A stretch of 62,594 bases of DNA, counting the filler, from an uncultured Methanoregulaceae archaeon (GTDB taxonomy: Archaea; Halobacteriota; Methanomicrobia; Methanomicrobiales; Methanospirillaceae): the NCBI GenBank assembly GCA_964530035.1. It is 4 parts of 4 records of this genome, joined end to end, with 100 filler letters (N's around TTAATTAATTAA, not from the genome) between each part and the next. Parts side by side here need not be neighbours in the genome. Positions count along the whole stretch, not along the records: positions 31,679 to 47,351 come from CAZGXZ010000043.1; positions 47,452 to 62,594 come from CAZGXZ010000045.1; 2 more parts are not named here. One strand, given 5' to 3'. A program made the position numbers and the translations under genes. The notes under the pieces are model-generated. The model made no database searches. It saw only the letters and a list, made by a program, of their open reading frames with translations, and was not told the DNA's origin. Shown one piece after another: positions 38,368 through 48,342 of this stretch. How positions within the stretch are numbered: position 1 is the stretch's first letter; every line of letters starts with the position of its first letter.

Positions 38368-40479
38368 CTAACCGGGTGGAGGGGGAGTACTACCCTGACC
38401 CTCTGCCAGGGTCCGATATCCCTGGGCGGGGACCCGGATCTCAAAGAAGGCACCACTTCCGGGTTCTCCTCTCTCCCTGATGGAGATGCCGGTAAGCGAG
38501 AGGATCTCCCGGCACAGGTACAGGCCGAGTCCCGTATGCTTTCCCCTGCCTTTTGAAAAGATGGTCTCCTTTTCTTCGGCGGGTATCCCGCATCCGTCAT
38601 CGGCGACCGTTATGCAATATCCCGACTCAGTGGTGTATCCCCGGACGGTGATCCTGGTGACATGCCCTCCATGGCGGTATGCATTGTCGAAGATATTTGC
38701 AAACACCTTTCTCACCATGGGGTCGGCAAAGACGAGGCCGGGCTGGAGAGAAAAGGAAAATTGCACGAGGGTGTGTTCGAGGAGTGCGGCGGCGGTCATG
38801 ATCACGTCCCTGATGTCAAGCCACATCGGCCCGCGGACACCCAGCTCCTGGTAGTCCTTCATGAACTGGAGCTGGTCACGCACCGCCTGGGCCAGTGATT
38901 CTCCCTTTTTGAGAAATTCTCCGGCTTCCTCTTCGCAGATGATCTCCTCTGCAAGGTTGAGATAGGCGAGGAGGGCGGTCACAATATTGGCGATGTCATG
39001 ACGGGTGGCGGTGGTGAGGAGATAGATCTTCCTTTGTGCTTCATGGAGGGCTGAACGTTCCGGACTGACCAGTCCGAAGTCGGTGGCAAGACCGGTCACG
39101 ATGACCGGGTTCCCGGAGGGACCAAAAACCGAGGCCCTTCCACGGAACTCGAGCTCGAGCCACTGTCCTGAGGCACAACGAAGCCGTGCATGACAGACAA
39201 ACCCCTTTCCGTCCTGTGGCAGGTCATCAGAGGTGGTGATGAAGATTTCCCGGTCTTCGGGGTGGACAATACCCGAGATGTCCTCCCAGGATGACTTGCC
39301 TGCAAGTGTCGGATATCCAAGCGTCCCGAGGAGTGCAGCATCGCCCGACAGGGTCTGTTGCATGGTATCAAGGCGGAACATGCCAGCATTCGCCGCCATG
39401 AGCGCGTATTCGTATGTATGGTCAGGCATCCGGCTGTATAGGCCGGTGTGTGGCGCGTGGTGGGCGGGGATTATGTGTTCGAGGACATGGGTGATCTGCC
39501 CGGCATTGTCGGTGAGGGGGTACGTCCGTATTTCGGCAGCTGCACCCTCCGGAGGAACGGGACAGGAACCGACCGCCTGTTGACCTGTTTCAAACGTGAC
39601 CTCCATGGGGCATGCATCGCAGGGGGAGTCCCGGCCCATGATGGCGTGGTAGCAGTACGGCAGGGAAGCGGACTGTCCGGTGAGCGTGGGTTGGATGTGC
39701 GACGATGTGCTGTATACAACATGCAGGTCGCGGTCCTGGATACTGATCTTCCCGGGAAGCGCCTGGAGTGCCCGTGACAGGAGGAAGGCGTCGGAACAGG
39801 GGGGGCTACGGGATTGCCGGGTCCCGCCCTTGTCCTGGACGCTTGTCCCGGCGGGAGCATCCATGCGTGATAAAAGTGCTGAAGGGGCGGTATTTTCATG
39901 GATGCCCCCCTTTACCGCGAGGTAATAGGGGTTTTTCCTGGTGACCCCCCCGAGGACGACATAGGGATGGTTGTGGATAGCTTCCAGGAGCAGTCCGTGA
40001 GGGAGCTGCGTGAGGTTGTACTGGCACAGAGAGTGCCACCTGATTGAACCCAGGTAGTTGTTGATGCTGTTTTCATACTCCATGAGCCGATTGGAGCCAG
40101 GAATATCCCTGGAGGTGAACTCGGCATTGCCGGTAAGCCTGAAGGCGCGATACCCCTGTTCGATCGCTCTCCTTGAATACTTCAGGACATCGGTGACACA
40201 GCGGTCGGGGTCAAAATCCCCATGCCTCAGGTAGGTCTCCTCGGGGGTCCTGAGCATGAGCTGCCCACTTTTCAACCCAGTGATGACCCGGGCTGCATCA
40301 TGGCTGAGCCGGGTGATAAGTTCCTCCTGGACGGCAGTATCCCCGATGAAAAGGACCAGGTCGTTCTTCACGAGGCCTTCTGTGATGAAGGCGGTTACCG
40401 CATTCCAATATTCATCTTCATTTGAGTAAAAAAGACACGCATGAAAGGAGCGGGCAGAAGGTATATCGGCTCCCGTCAT
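38368..40479 (-). CDS. MEDS-PAS-PAS sensor histidine kinase
   Basis: MEDS: HACLFY, R.TG, L.EYE, LCQY, HP.V; PAS IVHPED; H-box TRHDIAN; N-box NIFDNAYRHG; DDGCG; TGLGL. Confidence 0.9.
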   Translation of the reverse strand: MTGADIPSARSFHACLFYSNEDEYWNAVTAFITEGLVKNDLVLFIGDTAVQEELITRLSHDAARVITGLKSGQLMLRTPEETYLRHGDFDPDRCVTDVLKYSRRAIEQGYRAFRLTGNAEFTSRDIPGSNRLMEYENSINNYLGSIRWHSLCQYNLTQLPHGLLLEAIHNHPYVVLGGVTRKNPYYLAVKGGIHENTAPSALLSRMDAPAGTSVQDKGGTRQSRSPPCSDAFLLSRALQALPGKISIQDRDLHVVYSTSSHIQPTLTGQSASLPYCYHAIMGRDSPCDACPMEVTFETGQQAVGSCPVPPEGAAAEIRTYPLTDNAGQITHVLEHIIPAHHAPHTGLYSRMPDHTYEYALMAANAGMFRLDTMQQTLSGDAALLGTLGYPTLAGKSSWEDISGIVHPEDREIFITTSDDLPQDGKGFVCHARLRCASGQWLELEFRGRASVFGPSGNPVIVTGLATDFGLVSPERSALHEAQRKIYLLTTATRHDIANIVTALLAYLNLAEEIICEEEAGEFLKKGESLAQAVRDQLQFMKDYQELGVRGPMWLDIRDVIMTAAALLEHTLVQFSFSLQPGLVFADPMVRKVFANIFDNAYRHGGHVTRITVRGYTTESGYCITVADDGCGIPAEEKETIFSKGRGKHTGLGLYLCREILSLTGISIRERGEPGSGAFFEIRVPAQGYRTLAEGQGSTPPPPG

Positions 40480-40706
40480 TAAGCCGCTATGGATTTGGGA
40501 ATAGATAAGGATTCTTTTTTGTTTTTTTATTTAAACCGTGCTATCGATGAAAACCGTTGATAAATTGCCTTGATGGTTGACCTGTATGCCCTGCAGAACA
40601 CGGACAAAGATTAGAGTGATTAATAAAAATGAAAGGAGAAAATACCTGTTGATACAGGGTTAGGCACTCACCCTGCAGTTCCCTGGAATATCCAGAGGTA
40701 AGCTTC

Positions 40707-41510
40707 CTACTGGTCGGGGTTTTTCCTGGTACCTCCGATCCGGGAGATGTCCTGGAGCGTTTCAACCGCCCCGGCAACCGACCCGTCCGCGTACCTGATC
40801 GGTACGGCAGTGAAAAAGAGGAGTGTGCCGCCCTTTATCGATGGGAAGAAGTCTGCAGCTTCGTATGCCCCTGTAACCGGCGATATCCTGGGATTTTTTC
40901 CATTGTACAACCGGTACAGTCCATCGATGGCCCCGTCAAGGACCAGATCCGCCAGGCAAGGCCGCTGGTGGTCATAAAACGGTTTCCAGTGGTCTGAAGT
41001 CCCGATCATCCGTTCGGCTGAGAACCCGCTGTAGTCTTCGAGGGCATGGTTCCACCACCTGATGACATGGTCGCCGTCTATGATGAAGGTCGGGATGGGG
41101 AGGACGGTTATGAAATCCATGAGGAACAGCCTGTTTTCCTGGATTCCAGTTGCAGTGATGATTATTTGGGTAAGGGCCGGGAGCTTTTCTTCAGCGCTGT
41201 CGTCCTTTGTCAGGTAGTAACCGGCACCATTATTGAGGGCTTCGATGGAGGACTCCTCCCCTTTTTTCCCTGAAAAGAAAATGAAGGGAACCCTCCGGGC
41301 AGCCCTGACCGACCTCTGAAGGAGTATCCCGTCCAATTCTCCGGCCATGTCCCCGCAAACGACAATATCGTACGGTTTTGATTGGAACCGTTTCAGGGCA
41401 CCTTCGGCTGTGGTCTCAGTATCGACTGCAATAATACCAGTCTTTTCGAGACAGGTCTTTCCTTTTTTCAGGAGTTCCGGGTCACGGTCGGCATAGAGTA
41501 CGGATATCAC
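40707..41510 (-). CDS. Receiver (degenerate)-PAS protein
   Basis: REC-like N-terminus (PFIFFSG, ALN.GA.YY..K) without the canonical phospho-Asp; PAS with WN.ALE..SG, FY...RPCLADL. Confidence 0.8.
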   Translation of the reverse strand: MISVLYADRDPELLKKGKTCLEKTGIIAVDTETTAEGALKRFQSKPYDIVVCGDMAGELDGILLQRSVRAARRVPFIFFSGKKGEESSIEALNNGAGYYLTKDDSAEEKLPALTQIIITATGIQENRLFLMDFITVLPIPTFIIDGDHVIRWWNHALEDYSGFSAERMIGTSDHWKPFYDHQRPCLADLVLDGAIDGLYRLYNGKNPRISPVTGAYEAADFFPSIKGGTLLFFTAVPIRYADGSVAGAVETLQDISRIGGTRKNPDQ

Positions 41511-41834
41511 TACAGCATCCCCCCTCGATTCGGATGATACGCTTCTCTTTCAGGACGGTATAAAGTGATGGGTGAGGGACTGGTGAAAGAGAAGGCAGCC
41601 TGCACGATGTCCCTGGTGCGCTCCCCGTAAGGGCAGGCCCTGTGGATAGCGGTATTCTCCGGACAAGGCAGGCCCGGATGCCCTGGTATCCGGGAGACAT
41701 TTATTGGAATACCCGGCGTACAGGATGGTAGAACACAGAACACCCGTTTCAGTCAGTTTTCCCGTTTCAGGGGATATCAACCGGGGCGTACCCTTCCCAT
41801 GCATTCACCAGATATATCCACCAGTCCCGATGAA

Positions 41835-44399
41835 ATGACAGAAACACCCGGACTGGTCCCGCTCACTGACCTCATCGGGAATGCAGGAGAGGGCGGGCTC
41901 GACCCTGCAACGGTCGCTCAGAACCGTGGGCAGTTTGGGGAAAACAGGATGACGCCACCGCGACGCATTCCGGCGTGGCGACAGTACCTTGCGAAATTCA
42001 ACGACCCCATCATCCGTATTCTCCTCGTAGCAGTGTTATTATCGGCTGTTGTTTCACTCTTCCAGGGAGAGAACCTTCTTGACACCCTCGGGATCATCGT
42101 TGCTGTTGTCCTTGCAACCGGGATCTCGTTCCTGACCGAGTACAGGAGCAACCGTGAGTTTGATGCTCTCCAGAACGTCCGGGACGAGACCCGGGTGAAG
42201 GTCGTGCGTAGTGGGAGCACCGTGACCATCCCGATGAAGGATGTCGTCGTCGGGGATATCATCCTGCTCGAAGCCGGTGATGCAGTCCCTTCAGACGGTT
42301 ACATCCTTTCATCCCTTGATTTGGAGGTGGACGAAGCCGCCTTCACCGGAGAGAGCGAACCGGTTGGGAAAGGGCAGCACGAGCTGGTCCTGAAAGGGAC
42401 CTGGATAACCGCCGGAAGGGGGAAAATGATCACCGGGGCGGTAGGGGATCATACCCGTTCAGGCAGGATTGCCGCCTCGTTGTACGAAGAGACCCGTCCC
42501 CTGACGCCGCTCCAGGTCAAGCTCCTCGACCTGTCCAGGGTCATCAGCAGGTTCGGGTATCTCATGGCTGCGCTCATCATGGCCACCCTGCTCGTTGAAG
42601 GATATGTTACCGGGGCGTATTCCGGGTCACCTGTCGAGACAGCCGGGTACATCCTCAACATCTGCATGCTTGCCGTGGTGATCATCGTTGTTGCGGTCCC
42701 CGAAGGGCTCCCGGTCAGCGTGACGATCTCGCTGGCCCTGGCGATGCGGAAGATGACGCGGGCTTTCAGCCTTGTAAAACAGCTCCTTGCCTGTGAAACG
42801 GTTGGGTCGGTCACGGTCATCTGCACTGACAAGACCGGCACTCTCACGATGAACCGCATGGAGGTGGTCCAGGCCTCGGTCGAGCTGCCTGCCAGCATAC
42901 CCCCCGGTGTGCCGGGGACACCCGGAGGCTGGATAGCACTGAATGCCGCTGTCAACAGCACGGCTGATCTTGAAACGAGGGACGGGAGGGTGGTTGCGGT
43001 CGGGAACTCAACGGAAGGCGCATTGTTACGGTGGCTCGTCCGGGCCGGTATAGATTTTACCAGACTCCGGATGCACTTCCCTCCGGTGTCGCAGGAGCTC
43101 TTTGACTCCCGGAAGAAGATGATGTCCACCACGATAGTATCAGGCGGGCATACGATAGTCCTCGTCAAGGGAGCACCCGAACTCGTCGCCAGGCTCTGCA
43201 GCCCTGCCCCCCCTGACCTTGAGCCGCTGTCACGGTTGTCTGAAAGGGCCATGCGGACCCTCGCGTTTGCCCATGGTGAACTCCCGGTAGGCGGGGTGAG
43301 TGTCCCCACCCTTGTCTGGGACGGTTATGTCGGGATCAGGGACGAACTAAGACCGGGTATCGCAGAATCTGTCGCTTCCTGCAGGAATGCCGGTATCAGG
43401 ACTAAGATGGTGACCGGTGACAGTCCTGAAACTGCCGAAGCTATCGCTCGTGAAACAGGGATACTCGGAGAGGGCATCATTATTACCGGGAGCGAGTTTC
43501 GGGCGCTCACGGGAGAGACACGTCGCCGTGCTGCCCTTGAATTGGATGTCCTTGCCCGTTCCGAGCCCCTTGACAAGTTCCTGCTGGTCCAGGACCTGCA
43601 GGCTCAAGGAGAGGTTGTTGCGGTAACCGGTGACGGGACCAATGATGCTCCGGCCCTCCGCCAGGCTGATGTCGGCCTGGCAATGGGAATAAATGGTACC
43701 GAGGTGGCAAGGGAGGCCGCTGACATCATCCTCCTCGATGATTCGTACCCGGCGATAAAAAACGCGGTATGGTGGGGGAGAGCGCTTTATGAGAATATTC
43801 AGCGGTTCCTGGTCTTCCAGCTGACCATTAACGTCGCTGCCGCCGCCCTGACCTTTCTTGCGGTGCTCCTTGGCCTGCCACCCCCCTTCACTATCGTCCA
43901 GCTCCTCTGGATCAACATCATCATGGACTCGCTTGCAGCCATTGCTCTCTGTTCGGAAGCTCCCCATACAACCCTGATGGAGAAAAGTCCCGTCCCACGA
44001 CATGCCCCGGTCATAACGCCGTACATGAAAAAGGCAATCGGGATCACGGCGACTCTCTACGTGATAACCGGCATTGTTGTGATGATGTACGGTTTTCCTG
44101 TCGGTTTTTCCGTCGGAGAACAGTCAACAGCGTTTTTCACCGGGTTCGTCCTTGCCCAGGTGTGGAACGGGGTCAACTGCAGGGCGTTCAACGGGGTCAT
44201 GCCCCCCTTTATCAGGGGCAACCCGGTGTTTTTCCTGGTTATGGGGGCGATTGTCCTTGTCCAGGCGGCCATCGTGCAGTATGGTGGAGTTGTGTTCGGG
44301 ACGGTCCCCCTGTCACCAGCCCAGTGGGTGTTCCTGGCCGGCGTAACTGCTCCCGTCCTTCTCATGATGCCCTTGCTCCGATATTTCTCTGATTCCTGA
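41835..44399 (+). CDS. P-type cation-transporting ATPase (P2, Ca2+-type)
   Basis: TGES, VPEGLP, DKTGTLT, KGAPE, TGD, GDGTNDAPAL, QLLWIN.IMD. Confidence 0.95.
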   Translation: MTETPGLVPLTDLIGNAGEGGLDPATVAQNRGQFGENRMTPPRRIPAWRQYLAKFNDPIIRILLVAVLLSAVVSLFQGENLLDTLGIIVAVVLATGISFLTEYRSNREFDALQNVRDETRVKVVRSGSTVTIPMKDVVVGDIILLEAGDAVPSDGYILSSLDLEVDEAAFTGESEPVGKGQHELVLKGTWITAGRGKMITGAVGDHTRSGRIAASLYEETRPLTPLQVKLLDLSRVISRFGYLMAALIMATLLVEGYVTGAYSGSPVETAGYILNICMLAVVIIVVAVPEGLPVSVTISLALAMRKMTRAFSLVKQLLACETVGSVTVICTDKTGTLTMNRMEVVQASVELPASIPPGVPGTPGGWIALNAAVNSTADLETRDGRVVAVGNSTEGALLRWLVRAGIDFTRLRMHFPPVSQELFDSRKKMMSTTIVSGGHTIVLVKGAPELVARLCSPAPPDLEPLSRLSERAMRTLAFAHGELPVGGVSVPTLVWDGYVGIRDELRPGIAESVASCRNAGIRTKMVTGDSPETAEAIARETGILGEGIIITGSEFRALTGETRRRAALELDVLARSEPLDKFLLVQDLQAQGEVVAVTGDGTNDAPALRQADVGLAMGINGTEVAREAADIILLDDSYPAIKNAVWWGRALYENIQRFLVFQLTINVAAAALTFLAVLLGLPPPFTIVQLLWINIIMDSLAAIALCSEAPHTTLMEKSPVPRHAPVITPYMKKAIGITATLYVITGIVVMMYGFPVGFSVGEQSTAFFTGFVLAQVWNGVNCRAFNGVMPPFIRGNPVFFLVMGAIVLVQAAIVQYGGVVFGTVPLSPAQWVFLAGVTAPVLLMMPLLRYFSDS

Positions 44400-44539
44400 T
44401 TCCTGCATGGTGAACCGGGCGACCAACACCTTCCCGGCTCCCGTATCAACCGCTTCGGAAAAGACCGGCATGGGTTATCCAGAAGCCATCGTCCATGCAT
44501 TTTTATAATGTCTCGGATCCCATGATTCACCGGTTATCT

Positions 44540-45271
44540 ATGGAATATGGAAAAATAATCGGTGAATCATACAATTACATGAAGGAAGGGGTCTTCGGCA
44601 GGTGGGAGCGCTGGCTCCTCCTGTTAATGAGCATGGTAGTCTTTCCCTTCATCCTTGGATATATCGCCCGGATCTACCGGGGAGACACCCCGGCTCCCAG
44701 GTTCGAGGAGGGCGGGCTGTTTCTCACCGGTCTGAAACTGCTCTTTGCCGGCCTTATCTATGCAATCCCTGTTATCGCCGTCCTGGCCGTGACAATCATC
44801 TATGCCGTTGTCAATTTCATGCCCGCCATCATGGCCGGTGACCCGGTGTCTTTTGCGATGGCCAACCCTGATAAGTTCGTGGGTGTGCTGCTCGGTGTTG
44901 CGGCCGGCCTCATCGTCACCATCATCATTGGCATCATCATCACCCTCATCTCCACGATCGGCCTGATCAGGTTCGCCAAGACCGGGAGATTTTCCGAGGC
45001 ATTCAACTTCAGTGCCATATTCGGGAAAATCAGGGCAATTGGTTGGGGGACATATATCGTAGCCATGATCATCTACTGGGTCATCGGGATGGCACTGTTC
45101 GGTGTCCTCGAGCTTCTCAACCTGATCCCCACGGTAGGATGGGTCCTGTACTGGATAGCATACATTATTGTCATCGTCCCGTTCACGGTCTTTGCAGCAA
45201 AATATGTCACCCTCGTGTATGAAAGCGCGGAGGAACCCGTTTCCGTGCAGAGTGCCGGCCTTCCTGAATAA
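44540..45271 (+). CDS. DUF4013 family membrane protein
   Basis: GY.ARIYRG..PAP, F..GLK, RFAKTG.F.EAFNF. Confidence 0.8.
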   Translation: MEYGKIIGESYNYMKEGVFGRWERWLLLLMSMVVFPFILGYIARIYRGDTPAPRFEEGGLFLTGLKLLFAGLIYAIPVIAVLAVTIIYAVVNFMPAIMAGDPVSFAMANPDKFVGVLLGVAAGLIVTIIIGIIITLISTIGLIRFAKTGRFSEAFNFSAIFGKIRAIGWGTYIVAMIIYWVIGMALFGVLELLNLIPTVGWVLYWIAYIIVIVPFTVFAAKYVTLVYESAEEPVSVQSAGLPE

Positions 45272-45346
45272 TTTTTTTTCACGGGACAGCAGCAGGGCTC
45301 ATCTCCTTCCGGATCATTCATGCCTCGGGATATAACCCCCGGGTGG

Positions 45347-45383
45347 AACCGGCACCGGTTTTAATACCTGAAAAAAGGTATTA
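45347..45383. promoter_or_regulatory. Two adjacent palindromes (putative operators) upstream of the aldo/keto reductase
   Basis: AACCGG-CA-CCGGTT (45347-45360) and TAATACCT-GAAAAA-AGGTATTA (45362-45383). Confidence 0.45.
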
Positions 45384-45417
45384 TTCCGGACGATAAGACC
45401 GTCCCGGCCGGGGTGCC

Positions 45418-46659
45418 ATGCTCTTCAGGAACGTCCCTAAAACAGGAGAAATGCTCTCGATTCTTGGTTTCGGCTACATGCGGCTTCCCGTTTCCCGCTA
45501 TGGCACAATCGACGAGGAAGCGGCCGTCAGCCAGCTCCGCTATGCCATAGACCGTGGTGTCACGTATGTCGACACGGCACCTGCGTATCATCTTGGAAGA
45601 AGTGAGAAAATCCTTGGCCGGGCTCTCGAAGGTGGATACCGGGAAAAAGTAAGGATAGCGACGAAACTCCCGCCGTGGTCGGTTGCTTCGAGGGAGGACA
45701 TGGACCGGATCCTGTCTGCCCAGCTGGCAGCCCTGAAAACCGGCAGCATCGATTATTATCTCCTTCACAGCCTGTCCGGGTCAAGCTGGGATAAGATGAG
45801 GTCCCTGGGCGTCACCGGCTTCCTTGACGAGGCGAAACAGGACGGAAGGATAAAAAACGCAGGGTTTTCCTTCCATGGGAATATTTCCGATTTTAAAACC
45901 ATCGTAGACGGATATCCCTGGGAGTTCTGCCAGATCCAGTACAACTACCTGGACGAAAACAACCAGGCCGGGACCGAGGGCCTGAAGTACGCGGCTTCCC
46001 GGGGACTTGCCGTGATGGTGATGGAACCGCTCCGGGGAGGAAACCTCGCCAGGAGAGTGCCCGAAGAGGTCTCACGTATTTTTAAAACCGCTCCGGTCAG
46101 GCGTTCACCCGCCGAATGGGCGCTTCGGTGGGTCTGGAACCACCCTGAGGTGACGGTCGTCCTGTCGGGTATGAACGAATATTCCCACATTGATGAGAAC
46201 ATCCGCATAGCGGGTAATGCGTACCCGGATTCTCTCACGGGAGATGATCTGGGCGTGATCTCCGGGGCCCGCGACGCATGGAAAAAAAACCAGGAGGTCG
46301 GATGCACGGGTTGCGGCTACTGCATGCCGTGCCCCTCAGGAGTAGATATCCCGGGTTGTTTTGCCCATTATAATGAGTATATCCTCTTCTCAAAGAACCG
46401 GCCGGCACTCTTCCACTATATCGGCCGTCATGGCGGGGTCCTTTCTGCTCCGTCCCACGCAGGCCTCTGCTCAGGGTGCGGTGCGTGTGAAACGAAGTGT
46501 CCGCAGCACCTCCCTATCAGAGACCACCTGTCATCTGTTAATCGAGACCTGGGGAGGATGATCCGAGTCATGGTCCCTCTTATCAGAGCCGGGCTCTGGT
46601 TCACCAACAGGGCAGGGAGATACCTGGCCTGGTGTCCGGGCCGCGCTAAGAAGAAATGA
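45418..46659 (+). CDS. Aldo/keto reductase with C-terminal 4Fe-4S dicluster
   Basis: LGFGYMRLP, DTAP.Y, ATKLP, DYYLLH, QIQYNYLD, MEPLRGG.L; CTGCGYCMPCP and CSGCGACETKCP. Confidence 0.9.
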   Translation: MLFRNVPKTGEMLSILGFGYMRLPVSRYGTIDEEAAVSQLRYAIDRGVTYVDTAPAYHLGRSEKILGRALEGGYREKVRIATKLPPWSVASREDMDRILSAQLAALKTGSIDYYLLHSLSGSSWDKMRSLGVTGFLDEAKQDGRIKNAGFSFHGNISDFKTIVDGYPWEFCQIQYNYLDENNQAGTEGLKYAASRGLAVMVMEPLRGGNLARRVPEEVSRIFKTAPVRRSPAEWALRWVWNHPEVTVVLSGMNEYSHIDENIRIAGNAYPDSLTGDDLGVISGARDAWKKNQEVGCTGCGYCMPCPSGVDIPGCFAHYNEYILFSKNRPALFHYIGRHGGVLSAPSHAGLCSGCGACETKCPQHLPIRDHLSSVNRDLGRMIRVMVPLIRAGLWFTNRAGRYLAWCPGRAKKK

Positions 46660-46722
46660 TGACCGTACGCGGCCTGATCCCTGTATCAGGATCAGCTGCC
46701 CGGTGCTGGTGAACCGCCGCGT

Positions 46723-47349
46723 TCAGAGGAGCTCTTTTGCAAAAACGAAGATGAGGTAGTACAGGGCGATCACCAGCATGGCGACCCCGGCACACCGGTT
46801 GATGAGCAGGTGGTTGGTGGTGAGGAACCTGATGACCCTGCGGTTCCGCTCCAGGGAGAGAAACGACAGGACCAGGAGCGGGGTCGCCATACCCACCCCG
46901 AAAAGAATGAAATTGATGAAGTTTGAGGTGAAATCGAGGGTTGTTGCTGAAAGCGCGAAGAGCATGACGATAGAGCCCGGGTTGCAGGGCAGGGCGACAA
47001 GACCGAAGAATGCCCCGAACAGGAATGCCGTGATGTAGGGGTTATGACCTTTCGGGGTGGTGACTGCCGGGAAAATCCTCCCGATATCAAGTCCCAGGAT
47101 CATCGCGATGCTGATTGCCGCGAGGAGGAGGTATACGAGTGGGCCCAGGACGGAGATGACAGAGCCCGTAGACATCTGGAGGAGGTACACAAAGATGAGG
47201 CCGACCAGGAACATCCCGCCCATGACCCCTGCCGTCACCGCAAGCCCGAACGGTATCGTCGAGAATCTGGTCCTCCTTCCCTCCTGTCCTGCAAGAAATG
47301 CGAGAAAACCGGGATAGAGCGGCAGGGCGCAGACCGCGCCGAGGGGGGT
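46723..47349 (-). CDS. CcdA/DsbD-type transmembrane thiol-disulfide transporter (5' truncated)
   Basis: Open from the contig edge: TPLGAVCALPLYPGFL; second Cys in LPCNP; FG.GM..PL. Confidence 0.8.
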   Translation of the reverse strand, partial: TPLGAVCALPLYPGFLAFLAGQEGRRTRFSTIPFGLAVTAGVMGGMFLVGLIFVYLLQMSTGSVISVLGPLVYLLLAAISIAMILGLDIGRIFPAVTTPKGHNPYITAFLFGAFFGLVALPCNPGSIVMLFALSATTLDFTSNFINFILFGVGMATPLLVLSFLSLERNRRVIRFLTTNHLLINRCAGVAMLVIALYYLIFVFAKELL

Positions 47350-47351
47350 GT

Positions 47352-47451
47352 NNNNNNNNNNNNNNNNNNNNNNNNNNNNNNNNNNNNNNNNNNNNTTAAT
47401 TAATTAANNNNNNNNNNNNNNNNNNNNNNNNNNNNNNNNNNNNNNNNNNNN
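47352..47451. other. Artificial contig linker
   Basis: N-run + TTAATTAATTAA + N-run, 100 nt. Confidence 0.97.
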
Positions 47452-47453
47452 AT

Positions 47454-48332
47454 GAGGTTGCGGATGTGGACCCCCCCCTGGACCTGTCAGCAACGAAGGA
47501 GGGAGCCTGTATCGTGATCCTCGTGGACGATGACCCCGGGGTGGTCTCAACATTCAATGCAACGAACTACAGCGCGATGAGCAACGACAAGGAGATCCAC
47601 TGTCAGAAACTTCTTTTCACACCGGAAAAATCAATTCATGCAGACCGCTGCATGGTATGGCATGTTGACGAGTTTGTCCGCCATGCGGGTGAGGCGGTTC
47701 TCGCACGGGTTTTCAGCCGGGAACTGGCCCTTTCAATAGGGAGTGAAAAGCAAGGTCCGGCTCCTGATATGGGGGGCATACCTGCCGACGACGGCGGGAT
47801 GACCCTTGCCCACCTGCCGGTTAAGGTACCGGAAAAGAATGCGAAACGGACGGCTGGCATCGAGGGCCAAGCCAACCTCAGGTTCATGCCGTACTGGATG
47901 TATCACTACCTGAGCACGGGTGAGCAGACGTTCCGGGACAAGAGAGTGTCGTTTGACGCGGACGGTTCAGGGGCAATCAATGCAATCAACGGCATCGCAC
48001 TTGAGATAAACACTGATGACGTAGTCCGTGGGCCGATCCCGGGAGATGCACTGGTTGAAAAACCACACATGAGCCGCCAGGAGGCTCACGACAGGATAAT
48101 TGGAGAAGTAATGGAACGCTTAACGCAGCATGTCCGTTCGAAACAGGAGAAAGGGGATGCAATATTTTACGAGGAAAAGGTTTTAAAACCAGATAAAAAT
48201 GATATCCGGCTTGACTTGGACGAAGTTTACATTCCCGTCTGGCAAATCAGGGGTAAAAAGATCGTGGAAGTAAACGCCTACTCCGGTGAAGTCCTTTCTG
48301 AACCAATGGATGAAGGCGTCGAGGTCTTCTGA
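47454..48332 (+). CDS. Conserved hypothetical protein (5' truncated)
   Basis: Long open frame from the contig edge; internally repeated F.PYW....(I/V)NA..G and YIPVW....VNAYSG motifs. Confidence 0.7.
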   Translation, partial: EVADVDPPLDLSATKEGACIVILVDDDPGVVSTFNATNYSAMSNDKEIHCQKLLFTPEKSIHADRCMVWHVDEFVRHAGEAVLARVFSRELALSIGSEKQGPAPDMGGIPADDGGMTLAHLPVKVPEKNAKRTAGIEGQANLRFMPYWMYHYLSTGEQTFRDKRVSFDADGSGAINAINGIALEINTDDVVRGPIPGDALVEKPHMSRQEAHDRIIGEVMERLTQHVRSKQEKGDAIFYEEKVLKPDKNDIRLDLDEVYIPVWQIRGKKIVEVNAYSGEVLSEPMDEGVEVF

Positions 48333-48342
48333 CCGTGGATCC

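Noticed and set aside
41511..41834. yybP-ykoY riboswitch or ncRNA upstream of the P-type ATPase
   Set aside because: No GGGGAGUA core or convincing conserved structure; probably an ordinary divergent promoter region
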